Assembly: GCA_937903325.1 (NCBI GenBank)
Contig: CALCZR010000058.1
Span: 65,034 to 129,033, forward strand
Source: an uncultured Candidatus Saccharibacteria bacterium
Lineage (GTDB): Bacteria; Patescibacteriota; Saccharimonadia; Saccharimonadales; AWTP1-31
Direction: 5' to 3'
DNA: 64,000 nt
Position numbers and translations under genes: made by a program. Below, in pieces: positions 39,201-47,858 of the stretch. The notes beneath the pieces were generated by a model that saw nothing but the letters and a program-made list of their open reading frames with translations, was not told where the DNA came from and did not search any database. Position 1 is the stretch's first letter. The number at the start of each line of letters is the position of its first letter.

Positions 39201-40465
39201 GCTGAATTGAGTGTTCCTGCATACCCGTTGTACTCTTCGGTAACGCCAGCCTGAGCAGTTACCCCCAATGCCGAGTGATATGCGACTACATTGCGAATTA
39301 GCTTCTCCGCATTAGCACCACTCATATTAAAATATATGTAATCGGTATCACCATACTGCATCGGCAGATCAAGGCCAGTAATCTTTGTGTAGGTCTGGCC
39401 ACCGTCGGTACTAAAATAGTGGGTGTTGTAGTGGTAAGAGGGCCATTGGCCATTCGTACGCTCAACAACACTCCTCACAATCTTAAATCGATACCAGGTA
39501 TTGTAGTTAAAATCGAGCGCACTGGCCATTGCACTGTTAGCATAATCAAACTGGACACCCATGCTACTAGATACCCCAGTATTTCTATTACAACGGTGGT
39601 CGGCATAGCTATTAAACTGTATCCTTCCGTTCATACCGAACCCATCCGTATTAAAGTCTGAGGCGCCCCGACAGTCATATTGACTGCCATCAATCTGCAC
39701 ATCGAATTCAAGTACAGACTCCTGTCCAGTAGTATATTGTCCGGTTGTAGGCAGATTATCATATGCGTGGAGCCGGACAGTATCACCAGATAGTGTCGCA
39801 TTAGTACCGCCCCACTGTGGACCTAGTACTCCGTCACTAAAGTTGTCCTGCAGGTCTACGATTGATTTCGTAGACAACGAGCTTGCACCGGTATTACCGA
39901 AGTACATAGCAATGCGTGAAAGACCATATGGAATATCTGCAACCTTGACGTACACAACCGCCGAAACACCGTCCGTCTTGCTTTGTACCCAATATGGTAC
40001 ATCTTGGTCGCCCGTTTCGTTGGTAAAACGTAGGTCATCAAAGTCAGCCTGCATGGCAGCATCGTACGATACATTAATCTTTACCGTTTCGTTGGTATAG
40101 GAAGGTACTCCATTACTAAGAGTATTGAATTGAATCATCTTTCGATATGTCCAGCTACTACTACATTCGCTTGTTGCACACCACGCTACTCCAGCCGTAT
40201 TACCAACGGTCAAAGTGCTACCATCAGTAATATTATCTGCCGATGCATACTGATTTATCGGGTTGGCCCCAACTCCACCGGACCAATCGTTCTGGACAAA
40301 ATCCACGTAGGCGTCAGCTCGGCTATAGTAGAGAACAGGGGCAACAATCGTAGCAATAAGCAGCAGAGCGAGCGCACCGGCAGCCATCCGGCTCTTTGGC
40401 CGCTTCAGAGCATTCCGAAGCTTATTCCAATTACCGTTTAACCGTTGTGCCATCTTCAGCTTCAT
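36254..40465 (-). CDS. giant membrane-anchored surface protein (1403 aa): DUF2341-like, LamG-like and multiple FN3 domains
   Basis: Paralog of 31677..36257 with the same N-terminal TM helix, QNDWSGGVG and DFDDLRF..MYFGN. It lacks the PA14 segment. ATGA overlaps at both gene junctions. Confidence 0.9.
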   Translation of the reverse strand: MKLKMAQRLNGNWNKLRNALKRPKSRMAAGALALLLIATIVAPVLYYSRADAYVDFVQNDWSGGVGANPINQYASADNITDGSTLTVGNTAGVAWCATSECSSSWTYRKMIQFNTLSNGVPSYTNETVKINVSYDAAMQADFDDLRFTNETGDQDVPYWVQSKTDGVSAVVYVKVADIPYGLSRIAMYFGNTGASSLSTKSIVDLQDNFSDGVLGPQWGGTNATLSGDTVRLHAYDNLPTTGQYTTGQESVLEFDVQIDGSQYDCRGASDFNTDGFGMNGRIQFNSYADHRCNRNTGVSSSMGVQFDYANSAMASALDFNYNTWYRFKIVRSVVERTNGQWPSYHYNTHYFSTDGGQTYTKITGLDLPMQYGDTDYIYFNMSGANAEKLIRNVVAYHSALGVTAQAGVTEEYNGYAGTLNSAAIPLPSGAHFGKIFLGYSDGQAGVKIRTANQSDMSDAADFATCNTLYDEQDIQNSSCVTTGKAYMQYQIMLTTNNARDAEFTSITLQYDSDVTAPSSITGLTMKTSVNGFTVADGGWVQDRPYFSWDASTDENGGSGLAGYCLYLGQDSSPSLTQTGGMLSNSTTSPIQTSCAYARAGTSLDKQEFNNFSLNNGDTYYFVVAPVDNLGNIGASSTLTLKADTQHPEVRTIFSFPSGTLGSKNFTVSWIGPPLGSLYDSASGVAGLKYCIAKYTGEGGIDPDDYCDPSAPNWFGADKTKGYANVSTNTIPFSASRIDVGPEAAGELDDGSDGGAFGNGIGFNIIYVAAIDNVGNARAGDGSAGYIFITQNPPSVPRNLQASPISSAQNNFSFSWSPPETFTGPLNQMDYCYSINTPIAANGSNCHWTGAGITQLAAGAYATQQGTNTLYVMAKDQTGNFSSNNAASVTFTANTSAPGAPADMDLADVSSRATSSWKLASSWSAPTQPGSGVASYKIYRSTDNVNFSQIGTTSPSNLSFIDAGLSQVTYYYYVRACDNANNCGIPSNTASKKPTGRFTSPANLTVSGQPKATNIGPKKATITWTTDRDSDSKVAIGTAPGQYAQQEIGNSTQQPDHQVDLTNLQPGTTYYYVAKWTDTDGNTGVSSEKSFTTLAAPSVGEVSVSGLTNTYGDLTFTAANATKVVVLYGANDNYDRSLTVNTATRSSQYTVRLPDLKDGTKYNYRLLMFDIDGQQYDSNVYSFTTPPRPAITNIRFQPVTDAPKSTLQVSWTTNVATDSRITFGVKGAKQTEQLDAKQTTEHVITMENLQDDKDYTLVAAGTDALGNGAASDVQNFHTALDTRPPKISDVQIESTIRGSGLQARGQIVVSWKTDEPSTSQVNYAQGQEGSLNNKTGEDARLTTEHTVIVSDIPTSSIYRVQPVSRDKAVNARVSDPQTVIIGRGSDNVFSIIYNALQKIFGVKE
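37165..37790. repeat. high-identity segment shared with the downstream paralog (partner 32590..33205)
   Basis: See the partner entry at 32590..33205. Confidence 0.8.
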
Positions 40466-41133
40466 AGGGTATATGCCTTCACAATTCCCGCCGTAGGTCG
40501 GACGCTTAGTAGATTAGTCCCCAGGGCTTTACTGGACATCAGGAAGGCAGTGAAATACTGCGTTATTTCGCCGCGCCTATCTGCTGGCAATGCAGAGACG
40601 TTAGTTGTAGTAGAGGCAAGTTGGGCCGCTTTCTTGTTTGAGTAATACTCTATGCGCAGCGACGATGGCTTAGGAATACTCGTCTGCGTCTCATACTCAA
40701 CATCTTTGCCTTCTGCTTCCTTATTGCCAATCGCATAGCTATCCTTGTAGTGCTCGAGTAGGGCATCGTTTAGCTTTGTAATTTTAGCTGAATCAGTATC
40801 TGAGGCATAGACCGTTACCGTAAGTGTATTAGCTGTTCTTCGCTGGCCCACGAGCTCGTATCCAGAAGTGCCGACTGGGGCAGGAATAGGGTTCTCCAAT
40901 TTCTGAGCAGGCAATGTCTGTACCTTTGCTGCTGGTTTGCTAGTTTTCTTTGCTTCCTTCTTACCACCTGGCCATACCAGCAATCCAACCCCAGCAACCA
41001 CCAGCACAACTAATGCTGCGTATATGGGGTAAATTCTACGTTTACGAAGAAGCTTAATATGTACTGCCTTATGCCAATAATGGCGATATCCAGTGGCGAG
41101 TAGCAGTACCACAACAATGCCTAATACAATCAA
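40462..41133 (-). CDS. membrane-anchored hypothetical protein; first gene of the giant-protein operon
   Basis: 223 aa with two N-terminal hydrophobic segments. TTG start at 41133. Its stop overlaps the next gene's ATG (ATGA). Confidence 0.55.
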   Translation of the reverse strand: MIVLGIVVVLLLATGYRHYWHKAVHIKLLRKRRIYPIYAALVVLVVAGVGLLVWPGGKKEAKKTSKPAAKVQTLPAQKLENPIPAPVGTSGYELVGQRRTANTLTVTVYASDTDSAKITKLNDALLEHYKDSYAIGNKEAEGKDVEYETQTSIPKPSSLRIEYYSNKKAAQLASTTTNVSALPADRRGEITQYFTAFLMSSKALGTNLLSVRPTAGIVKAYTL

Positions 41134-41136
41134 TAG

Positions 41137-41144
41137 AATTCTAT
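41137..41144. repeat. target-site duplication AATTCTAT (left copy) of transposon 2
   Basis: An identical 8-mer abuts the right inverted repeat at 47859..47866. Confidence 0.8.
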
Positions 41145-41192
41145 CGCGACTATATACTTGACAAACCTAGCAGATAAAACTACACTGTAGAT

Positions 41193-42068
41193 ATGAGCTT
41201 GCTAGACTTCCAGAACCAATTCAAGACTGAAGAAGCCTGTCACACATTCCTTGAGGAACAACGCTGGAAGAATGGCCGTTTTTGCCCTCATTGTGGCACG
41301 TATGAGACGTATAAGTTTAAAGACGGCAAACTATTCAAGTGTCAGGACTGTAAAAAACAGTTCACTGTTAAGGTTGGTACCATATTTAGCGATAGTCACG
41401 TCCCGCTGACTAAATGGTTCTACGCGATTTATCTTAATACCTCCCTCAAAAAGGGCATTTCCTCAATCCAACTAAGCAAGTATCTCGGTATTACTCAAAA
41501 ATCAGCCTGGTTTATGCTCCAGCGCATTCGTTACGGTGTTGAAGCTGCTGGGCGCAGCGACCTACTAAATAACATTGTTGAAGTGGATGAAACCTATGTT
41601 GGTGGTAAACAAACGGGTGCACGTCGTGGCCCCGCCGATAAGGCTGTGGTCTTCGGTGCAGTTGAGCGTGGCGGTAAAGCCATGATTAAACATGTACCAA
41701 GTTCAGGCGTGCGTGTACTCATACCTGAGATTCATAAGAACATTAGTCCTGAAGCTACTATATATTCTGATCAATACGGGTCATACAAAAGCCTAAAGCG
41801 TCGTGGCTATACACATACTACCGTTAACCACTCAAAGCTGGAGTTTGCTCGCGGGCTAGTTCACACAAACACAATTGAAGGAGCTTGGGCACACTTCAAG
41901 TTAGGCATCGCAGCCATTTACCTAGGCGTTAGCGTTAAGCATTTACAGCTTTACTGTAGTGAGTTTGAATACCGCTATAACACCAAAGAGATGACTGACT
42001 ACGAACGATTCACGAGTTGGTTTGGTAACTGCCGAGGCCGTGTTACCTACAAAAAACTAATAGCTTAA
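41193..42068 (+). CDS. IS1595-family (ISXO2-like) DDE transposase
   Basis: Zinc ribbon CPHCG..CQDC, then GISSIQLSKYLGITQKSAWFMLQRIR, DETYVGG, IYSDQ and NTIEGAWAHFK. About half the residues match the transposon 1 transposase by eye. Promoter layout: TTGACA, 17 nt, TACACT, 6 nt, ATG. Confidence 0.9.
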   Translation: MSLLDFQNQFKTEEACHTFLEEQRWKNGRFCPHCGTYETYKFKDGKLFKCQDCKKQFTVKVGTIFSDSHVPLTKWFYAIYLNTSLKKGISSIQLSKYLGITQKSAWFMLQRIRYGVEAAGRSDLLNNIVEVDETYVGGKQTGARRGPADKAVVFGAVERGGKAMIKHVPSSGVRVLIPEIHKNISPEATIYSDQYGSYKSLKRRGYTHTTVNHSKLEFARGLVHTNTIEGAWAHFKLGIAAIYLGVSVKHLQLYCSEFEYRYNTKEMTDYERFTSWFGNCRGRVTYKKLIA

Positions 42069-42206
42069 TCCTCCAAAACTGCCATTTTTATTGCTATTGT
42101 TCTTTGCCCCCATGGGCGAGGGCAAGAATGCGCTTGTGTCAAACTGTTAATTTCAGAATATATTGGTACCTACCTTTAAATAATACGGGTAGGAGGGTTT
42201 GGCAAA

Positions 42207-43070
42207 ATGAAACTAACGCAAATTCCAAAAATAACCTATAAACAAAGAACAATACTAGATCTCATATATACCCATAGATTCCTTACTAGAATACAAATAC
42301 AGACATTCCTAAAACATAAAGATAAAAAGACTATTAACCTGTGGCTTAAAGATCTTAGAGACAAAGAATATATAAATTGGATCTACAATAAAGATCACTT
42401 TGCTGAGAAAACTAAACCAGCTATCTACTACTTAGGCATTAATGGTATACGGCATATGCAGAATATGGATTTCCATCCAGACAAAGAAATTCATAAACGC
42501 TACCGGGAACACGAACGCAGCCAGGGCTTTATTGATCGTAGCCTTCTGCTGGCAGAAGTCTGCTTAGAGCTTGATGACGAACGAAACGGCAGCTACTACA
42601 TGACAACACGGTACTACTACGAGACTGAGGCCGATTACCGTAGTGAGATGCGTTACCATTTCTTGAGCGACAACGAGCTAATCCACCCCGATATATGTAT
42701 TGCTCAGTCAGAGGGTGATACAGATGACAGCATTGGCGATCCCGACACCACCGTAGCAAGCTACTTACTGGAGATCTTTGATGCTACATTGCCGAGGTAC
42801 CGTTTACGCAACAAACTGAAGAAGTACGTACAATATCTAGAGGAAGAATTAGACGAATGGGATGAACAGACGGGCAAAGATCCAAGACCGACTATATTAC
42901 TGGTCTGTGCTAGCCTCACAGACCTCATCTACGCTAAACGTAGAACCAGAGGGCTGTTGGCAGAAATCTGGGAGTATGATGACGAAGAAAGACCGCAAGT
43001 GCGGTTTACGACTGTAGGGAATCTCAAAGACAATGGCGTACTTTCCGAGGAGAGTTGGGAGACGGCGTGA
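42207..43070 (+). CDS. replication-relaxation-family-like protein
   Basis: ITYKQRTILDLIYTHRFLTRIQIQTFL..WLKDLRDKEYI (winged-helix pattern). AGGAGG Shine-Dalgarno site upstream. Same position as 14819..15655 in transposon 1. Confidence 0.7.
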   Translation: MKLTQIPKITYKQRTILDLIYTHRFLTRIQIQTFLKHKDKKTINLWLKDLRDKEYINWIYNKDHFAEKTKPAIYYLGINGIRHMQNMDFHPDKEIHKRYREHERSQGFIDRSLLLAEVCLELDDERNGSYYMTTRYYYETEADYRSEMRYHFLSDNELIHPDICIAQSEGDTDDSIGDPDTTVASYLLEIFDATLPRYRLRNKLKKYVQYLEEELDEWDEQTGKDPRPTILLVCASLTDLIYAKRRTRGLLAEIWEYDDEERPQVRFTTVGNLKDNGVLSEESWETA

Positions 43071-43114
43071 GTAGCGTGCTCAACTCTTATTACTCCATAT
43101 GCCCCAAGTTGGTA

Positions 43115-44446
43115 CTAGAACCTTTTGATACTCCCGTGGTTATTTCTTCTCAGTACAGTAATACTCAGACGATATCGTAGTAAGGGTAAGGTGACTATTT
43201 TGATGTGGTGGCCAAAGGTATAAGGAATAGTCGAGTCTTCCTCAGTAAGTGGTTTCTTATGACGTCGGTAGTCTATATAGATATATACCGTTAAAGCCAC
43301 TAACAAGCCAATGAAGAGTAGACTTGGAAGAAGAACGCCGCCAGTAACTGCTAATGTTGGCTGTTTTGTATCGGGGCTGGTAGGACCCGTTCCTGGGTTT
43401 GGTGTTGGCGTCGGGCTGGGTTCTGGCTCTGGTTCGGGATCTGGGATGAGGCGAGATACACCAATCTTATTCACGCCTGGAGCGGATTCTACAAACCAAA
43501 TACTGCCGTCGGTGCCTGCGGCAATACTATTGGGATATGATGCTGGCGTTGGAATATCATACTCAGTGACCGTACCAGAGGTAGTGATCATAGCTACCTT
43601 GTTATTAAATAGTTCGGTTACCCAAAGATTGCCGTCTGAACCTACCGTAATGTTTCTGTAATAACCAAATGTTTCACCCGTCAATCCTGGGACTGCAGTG
43701 AAGTTTCCATCAACGGTAATCTTTCCAACTTGATAGATGCCTGTACCTGCTACACTGACCCATAGATTACCATCTGGGCCTTGGGTAATGCCAGATGGAT
43801 ACCCGCTTCCACTCGGCAGGCTGTACAGTGTGACGTTTCCATCAACGGTGATCTTTCCAACTTCCTGCGTTCCAAATTTGGTAAACCACAGATTTCCATC
43901 CGGACCGGTTGTTATGGTACCTAGATCAAACGTACCGGTATTAGCAACGGGATACTCGGTAACCACTCCGGCAGTAGTCATTTTACTTATCTTCCCTTCC
44001 TCTGACTGGGTAAACCACAGATTTCCATCCGGACCGGTTGTTATGCTATTTAAGTATGCATTAAGGTTGCCGACGGGATATTCAGTAACAACTCCTGAAG
44101 TAGTGATCTTACCTATTTTATCTATATTCCTTTCTACAAACCACAAATTACTATCCGGGCCAACGGTTATCTCGTTTAACCCGGAACTTGGGGTTGTGAC
44201 TGGATACTTCGTTATGCTTCCGCTAGGCGTAATCACCCCGATCTCGTTAGAACCTACATCGGTAAACCACATATTATTATCGGGGCCACGAACAATTGAC
44301 CCAAGGCCTACGTTGTCGCCACTGACAGGATATTCTTGAATTTCACGTCCTGCGGCGTAGACGGCAGGGAGCAACAATGATGCTGAAAGAATCATGCAAA
44401 ACGCCAGAAGCGATAAGCTGACAATCCGATGTTTCATTGTAATCAT
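43115..44446 (-). CDS. secreted seven-repeat beta-propeller protein (Vgb/streptogramin-lyase-like repeats) with LAVTG-type anchor
   Basis: Signal peptide, then seven G[PST]D[GSN][NS][LMI]W[FV] repeats and a Pro-rich linker (PEPEPEPSPTPTP). The end is LAVTG, a TM helix and RRHKK. I chose the ATG at 44446; the track's TTG is at 44482. Confidence 0.8.
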   Translation of the reverse strand: MITMKHRIVSLSLLAFCMILSASLLLPAVYAAGREIQEYPVSGDNVGLGSIVRGPDNNMWFTDVGSNEIGVITPSGSITKYPVTTPSSGLNEITVGPDSNLWFVERNIDKIGKITTSGVVTEYPVGNLNAYLNSITTGPDGNLWFTQSEEGKISKMTTAGVVTEYPVANTGTFDLGTITTGPDGNLWFTKFGTQEVGKITVDGNVTLYSLPSGSGYPSGITQGPDGNLWVSVAGTGIYQVGKITVDGNFTAVPGLTGETFGYYRNITVGSDGNLWVTELFNNKVAMITTSGTVTEYDIPTPASYPNSIAAGTDGSIWFVESAPGVNKIGVSRLIPDPEPEPEPSPTPTPNPGTGPTSPDTKQPTLAVTGGVLLPSLLFIGLLVALTVYIYIDYRRHKKPLTEEDSTIPYTFGHHIKIVTLPLLRYRLSITVLRRNNHGSIKRF

Positions 44447-44566
44447 ATCCCTTATGGTATTTGATGGGTAGAGACTCGTCAATGAAGTAGCATACTAGAG
44501 CATCAGACTTGATGCAACATACAAATATGCTTATACTTAATGCTAAAGATGTGAGGTGAAATAAAT

Positions 44567-47365
44567 ATGCATAAAATAAAACGTAGTTTTACAACCGGCA
44601 GTCTCGTAGCACTTCTATTGATTACTGGGGTACTCTTTGGTTTTCAGAGCTGGCAACCCGTCCAAGCTGCTGCCATTATCGAAGTTAACTCTACTGCCGA
44701 TACAATGACAGCCAGCGACGGCGAATGCACGCTTCGAGAAGCGATCATAAACGCGAATAATGATAGCGACGGCACAGGCGGTGACTGTACCGCCGGTTCT
44801 GGCGCAGACACTATCAACTTCAATCTCTCTGGCACCGCAGACTTCACCAATGCCTCCCAAGATGGCTACACGATTTCACCAGCTTCTCCACTGCCGGCAA
44901 TCACTGAACAAGTTACCATTGATGGTTTTTCACAGGCGGATTCAGCACCGAACTCAACAGCCAGCCCGCAACCTTTTGATGCAGTCCTGCTTATAGAGAT
45001 TGATGGCTCTAACACCACCATTAACACTGGCTCCTGTCTCAAGGTTGAAAATGCAGACGGCACCATTATCAAAGGTCTGACTATCAACAACTGCGCCAAC
45101 CATGGTATCGAAGTGGAAAATTCCAACAACGTAACCATTCAAGGTAATTACATTGGCACAAATCCTCAAGGAACTTCTGGAGAAGGCGCAGGACGAAACT
45201 ATAGCAGTGGCCCCATCGCCAATGGCATCCTAGCAGTTGCATCTAACCACCTGAAAATTGGTGGTACTGCTGCAGCCGAGCGCAATATTATCGCCGCTAG
45301 CCAAACCAACGATGTGTGGTGGCACAACGAAGCTGATGACGCTAATCCTTCAAGTGATAATGTTCTCCAGGGTAATTATATTGGCCTAGCAGCAAATGGC
45401 ACCACACCGCTGCCAGCTGGCTATGTATCAGGTGTCGGCAATGCGGTACTAATTGGTAACTCGCAAAATGACCTTATAGGTGGAACAACTTCTGGTGCAC
45501 GTAATGTCATAGCCAGTTCCGCTGAATACGGCGTTGGCACCAGAGATGCCGTAACGGGACTCGTTATCCAGAGTAATTATATTGGCACCGATTATACCGG
45601 ATCGGCAGCCGTAACACATACGTATGGCACCGGTCATCCATATGCAGGCATTCACATCGGAGTGGTTAGTAATGCGGGCTTTACGAACCCGCCACACAAC
45701 ATTGATATTGGAGGTACGACTGCAAGTGCTCGCAATATTATCTCTGGCAATACGCGAACCGGTGGCTTTACGCCAGGAGTATTGATGAATGATGATGCAT
45801 ATGACGTGCGGGTTCGCGGTAATTATATTGGCACCGATGCGGCTGGTACCGCTGCCGTACCTAATCAAATTGGCGTTAGTTTCGACACCTTCAATGGGCA
45901 TCCAACCTACGATAACATTATTGGTGGCACGGTCGCAGGTGCCGGCAACGTTATCTCGGGAAACATCTATAACGGTGTCGTGTTTAGTGGTGAGGATACC
46001 TACGACAATCTCTTGCAGGGAAACCGGATAGGAACTGCGGAAGATGGGACGAGTGATCTAGGTAATGACGAGGAGGGCGTGCGCGTTCAAAACGCTGCAG
46101 CGCACAATATCATTGGCGGCACCGCTTCTGGAGCCGGGAATATCATTGCCTTCAATGGTAGTAACGGGGTTAACGTGGTTGACGATGGTTCTTCGGCTTC
46201 AATTATTTCTAACTCTTTGTTCTCTAATACTGGACTGGGTATCAAGCTCGGTTTTGGTACGGGCGTTACGGCGAATGATTCGGGTGACGTTGACAGTGGA
46301 CCAAATAATTTACTTAACTACCCGGACCCAATTCTTTATTGGTCATATGGGGGAGATACCTACATCTCTTATGACCTTGATGTACCGGCCGGTAACTACA
46401 GAGTAGAGTTTTATAGCAATCCATCTGCTGATAGCAGTGGCCATGGCGAGGGGAAAACCTTGATTGGTAGCCAAAATATTACAAGTGGGGGCCTGGGCGC
46501 ACAAGGCTACATAACCAATTTCGTTGCGACCGGTCTCACCAACATAGTTGCCACTGTTACGCAAGTAACGACTGGGTTTAGTGGGTTTGGCTCAACCAGC
46601 GAATTTAGCACTGTTGCCCAAGCGGCTCCACCAGTGAATGATATTGCACTCAGTAAAACCTTAACGAATCCAGAAGACGTTAGTCCTGGTGCGGAACTAC
46701 ACTATGCGATAGAAGTGGCGAATACCGCAGAATCAACCAACGCAATCGATCTATCACAAAGTAATAACAGCGCCCCTGGCGTCAACTCCTTGTTCATCGA
46801 CTTATTACCACCGCAACTTACTTTTATCAGCGTAACAACGCCTGACATTAGTTGCATCACCCTACCAGCCACCGCCTTTGGCCCTAACAGTATGAGTAGT
46901 GGTGACCATGCCTCGTATAACCTGATACTCTGCGGATTCACCGGTGCTTCACCCACCATGCTAAACCCTAACGAGAGTATCACTATTGACCTCGTGGCGA
47001 CCGTTAACCCAGGCGTAGATACAGCCTTCACCAACTACGTCGTTGGGGGTATCGTTAGTAGCGATCCAGATCTAGCAGGCATTGGCGGGGTTTTTGGCAG
47101 TGGGACAGATATTATCGATGGGCTGACGGCAACACCGTATAACAACTTTGCTTCAGCTGCCTACATGCCCACACCTCCTGAAGAACCCGGAAACAATTCC
47201 GGCGGTGGCAACAACAACGGGCAGTCTAATGCCGGAACATCGTCGCCTCTTGGTACCACTGGCCAAGCAACATTAGTTGTCCTGCCACTCGTTCTCCTTT
47301 GGTCGTCACTTGCAATGCTTCGACATATCAAACGAAGAACCGCTTCCTACCGGCACCGTTTGTAA
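44567..47365 (+). CDS. large secreted parallel beta-helix protein (CSLREA-type N-terminus) with C-terminal sorting signal
   Basis: Signal peptide and a GECTLREAIINANND motif. Many N.I(G/S)GT..G.GN.I(S/A) beta-helix turns follow. The C-terminus is LGTTG, a hydrophobic helix, then RHIKRR. Confidence 0.85.
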   Translation: MHKIKRSFTTGSLVALLLITGVLFGFQSWQPVQAAAIIEVNSTADTMTASDGECTLREAIINANNDSDGTGGDCTAGSGADTINFNLSGTADFTNASQDGYTISPASPLPAITEQVTIDGFSQADSAPNSTASPQPFDAVLLIEIDGSNTTINTGSCLKVENADGTIIKGLTINNCANHGIEVENSNNVTIQGNYIGTNPQGTSGEGAGRNYSSGPIANGILAVASNHLKIGGTAAAERNIIAASQTNDVWWHNEADDANPSSDNVLQGNYIGLAANGTTPLPAGYVSGVGNAVLIGNSQNDLIGGTTSGARNVIASSAEYGVGTRDAVTGLVIQSNYIGTDYTGSAAVTHTYGTGHPYAGIHIGVVSNAGFTNPPHNIDIGGTTASARNIISGNTRTGGFTPGVLMNDDAYDVRVRGNYIGTDAAGTAAVPNQIGVSFDTFNGHPTYDNIIGGTVAGAGNVISGNIYNGVVFSGEDTYDNLLQGNRIGTAEDGTSDLGNDEEGVRVQNAAAHNIIGGTASGAGNIIAFNGSNGVNVVDDGSSASIISNSLFSNTGLGIKLGFGTGVTANDSGDVDSGPNNLLNYPDPILYWSYGGDTYISYDLDVPAGNYRVEFYSNPSADSSGHGEGKTLIGSQNITSGGLGAQGYITNFVATGLTNIVATVTQVTTGFSGFGSTSEFSTVAQAAPPVNDIALSKTLTNPEDVSPGAELHYAIEVANTAESTNAIDLSQSNNSAPGVNSLFIDLLPPQLTFISVTTPDISCITLPATAFGPNSMSSGDHASYNLILCGFTGASPTMLNPNESITIDLVATVNPGVDTAFTNYVVGGIVSSDPDLAGIGGVFGSGTDIIDGLTATPYNNFASAAYMPTPPEEPGNNSGGGNNNGQSNAGTSSPLGTTGQATLVVLPLVLLWSSLAMLRHIKRRTASYRHRL

Positions 47366-47542
47366 CTGCCTACAGAGTGCGCTCCTGAATACAGAAACGT
47401 TCGCTGACATAATCAATGTACTGCACTGTGATAGTCTACTATGCGAATACACTGGCAATGACGGTTTTCCGACATAGTTTTGGGCACATGTACTGATTGC
47501 GTTGCCGTTAAGCACAATGACTTGTTGCACAGTAAGTTTGAT

Positions 47543-47833
47543 TCACAAGTTGACAATGACCGCAAAATAAAAAACAAGCAATGCACCCACCTTCAGTAAA
47601 AATTTAGCAGCATACTTTTTGTTTGCAAATCGAATTATATTGAAATCTAAGTGATAAACTGTACATATGACAGACCAGCATAAGCTTAAGCCAATAACAA
47701 TTGCAAAATTTACGAAGGTTGTTGAGATACTGGCCAGTACAGCCCCTATTAGCAATAAGGAGATCCTCAAAAGATCTAAGAAGAGTAAGAAGAAATAGAT
47801 TATTCCAGACACAAGAAGGTGATCACTATTCAT
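47543..47833 (-). CDS. small hydrophobic membrane protein next to the right repeat of transposon 2
   Basis: 96 aa with 3 hydrophobic helices. The ATG is 2 nt from the right inverted repeat. Its counterpart lies at 17531..17797. Confidence 0.5.
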   Translation of the reverse strand: MNSDHLLVSGIIYFFLLFLDLLRISLLLIGAVLASISTTFVNFAIVIGLSLCWSVICTVYHLDFNIIRFANKKYAAKFLLKVGALLVFYFAVIVNL

Positions 47834-47858
47834 TGGGTGTGTAAACTATATAGGTGCG

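Larger units (their letters stand above)
41145..47858 (+). mobile_element. IS1595-family transposon carrying cargo genes (6,714 bp)
   Basis: The left repeat CGCGACTATATACTTGACAAACC matches the reverse complement of 47836..47858 at 18 of 23 positions. A perfect 8-bp direct repeat flanks the element. The left end shares TATATACTTGAC with transposon 1. Confidence 0.8.

Noticed and set aside
13612-47858. The two IS1595-type elements, in the same orientation, might form one 34-kb composite transposon.
   Set aside because: Each element has its own pair of inverted repeats and its own, different 8-bp target-site duplication. The DNA between them holds housekeeping genes (smpB, tRNA-Asn, glmS). These are independent insertions.
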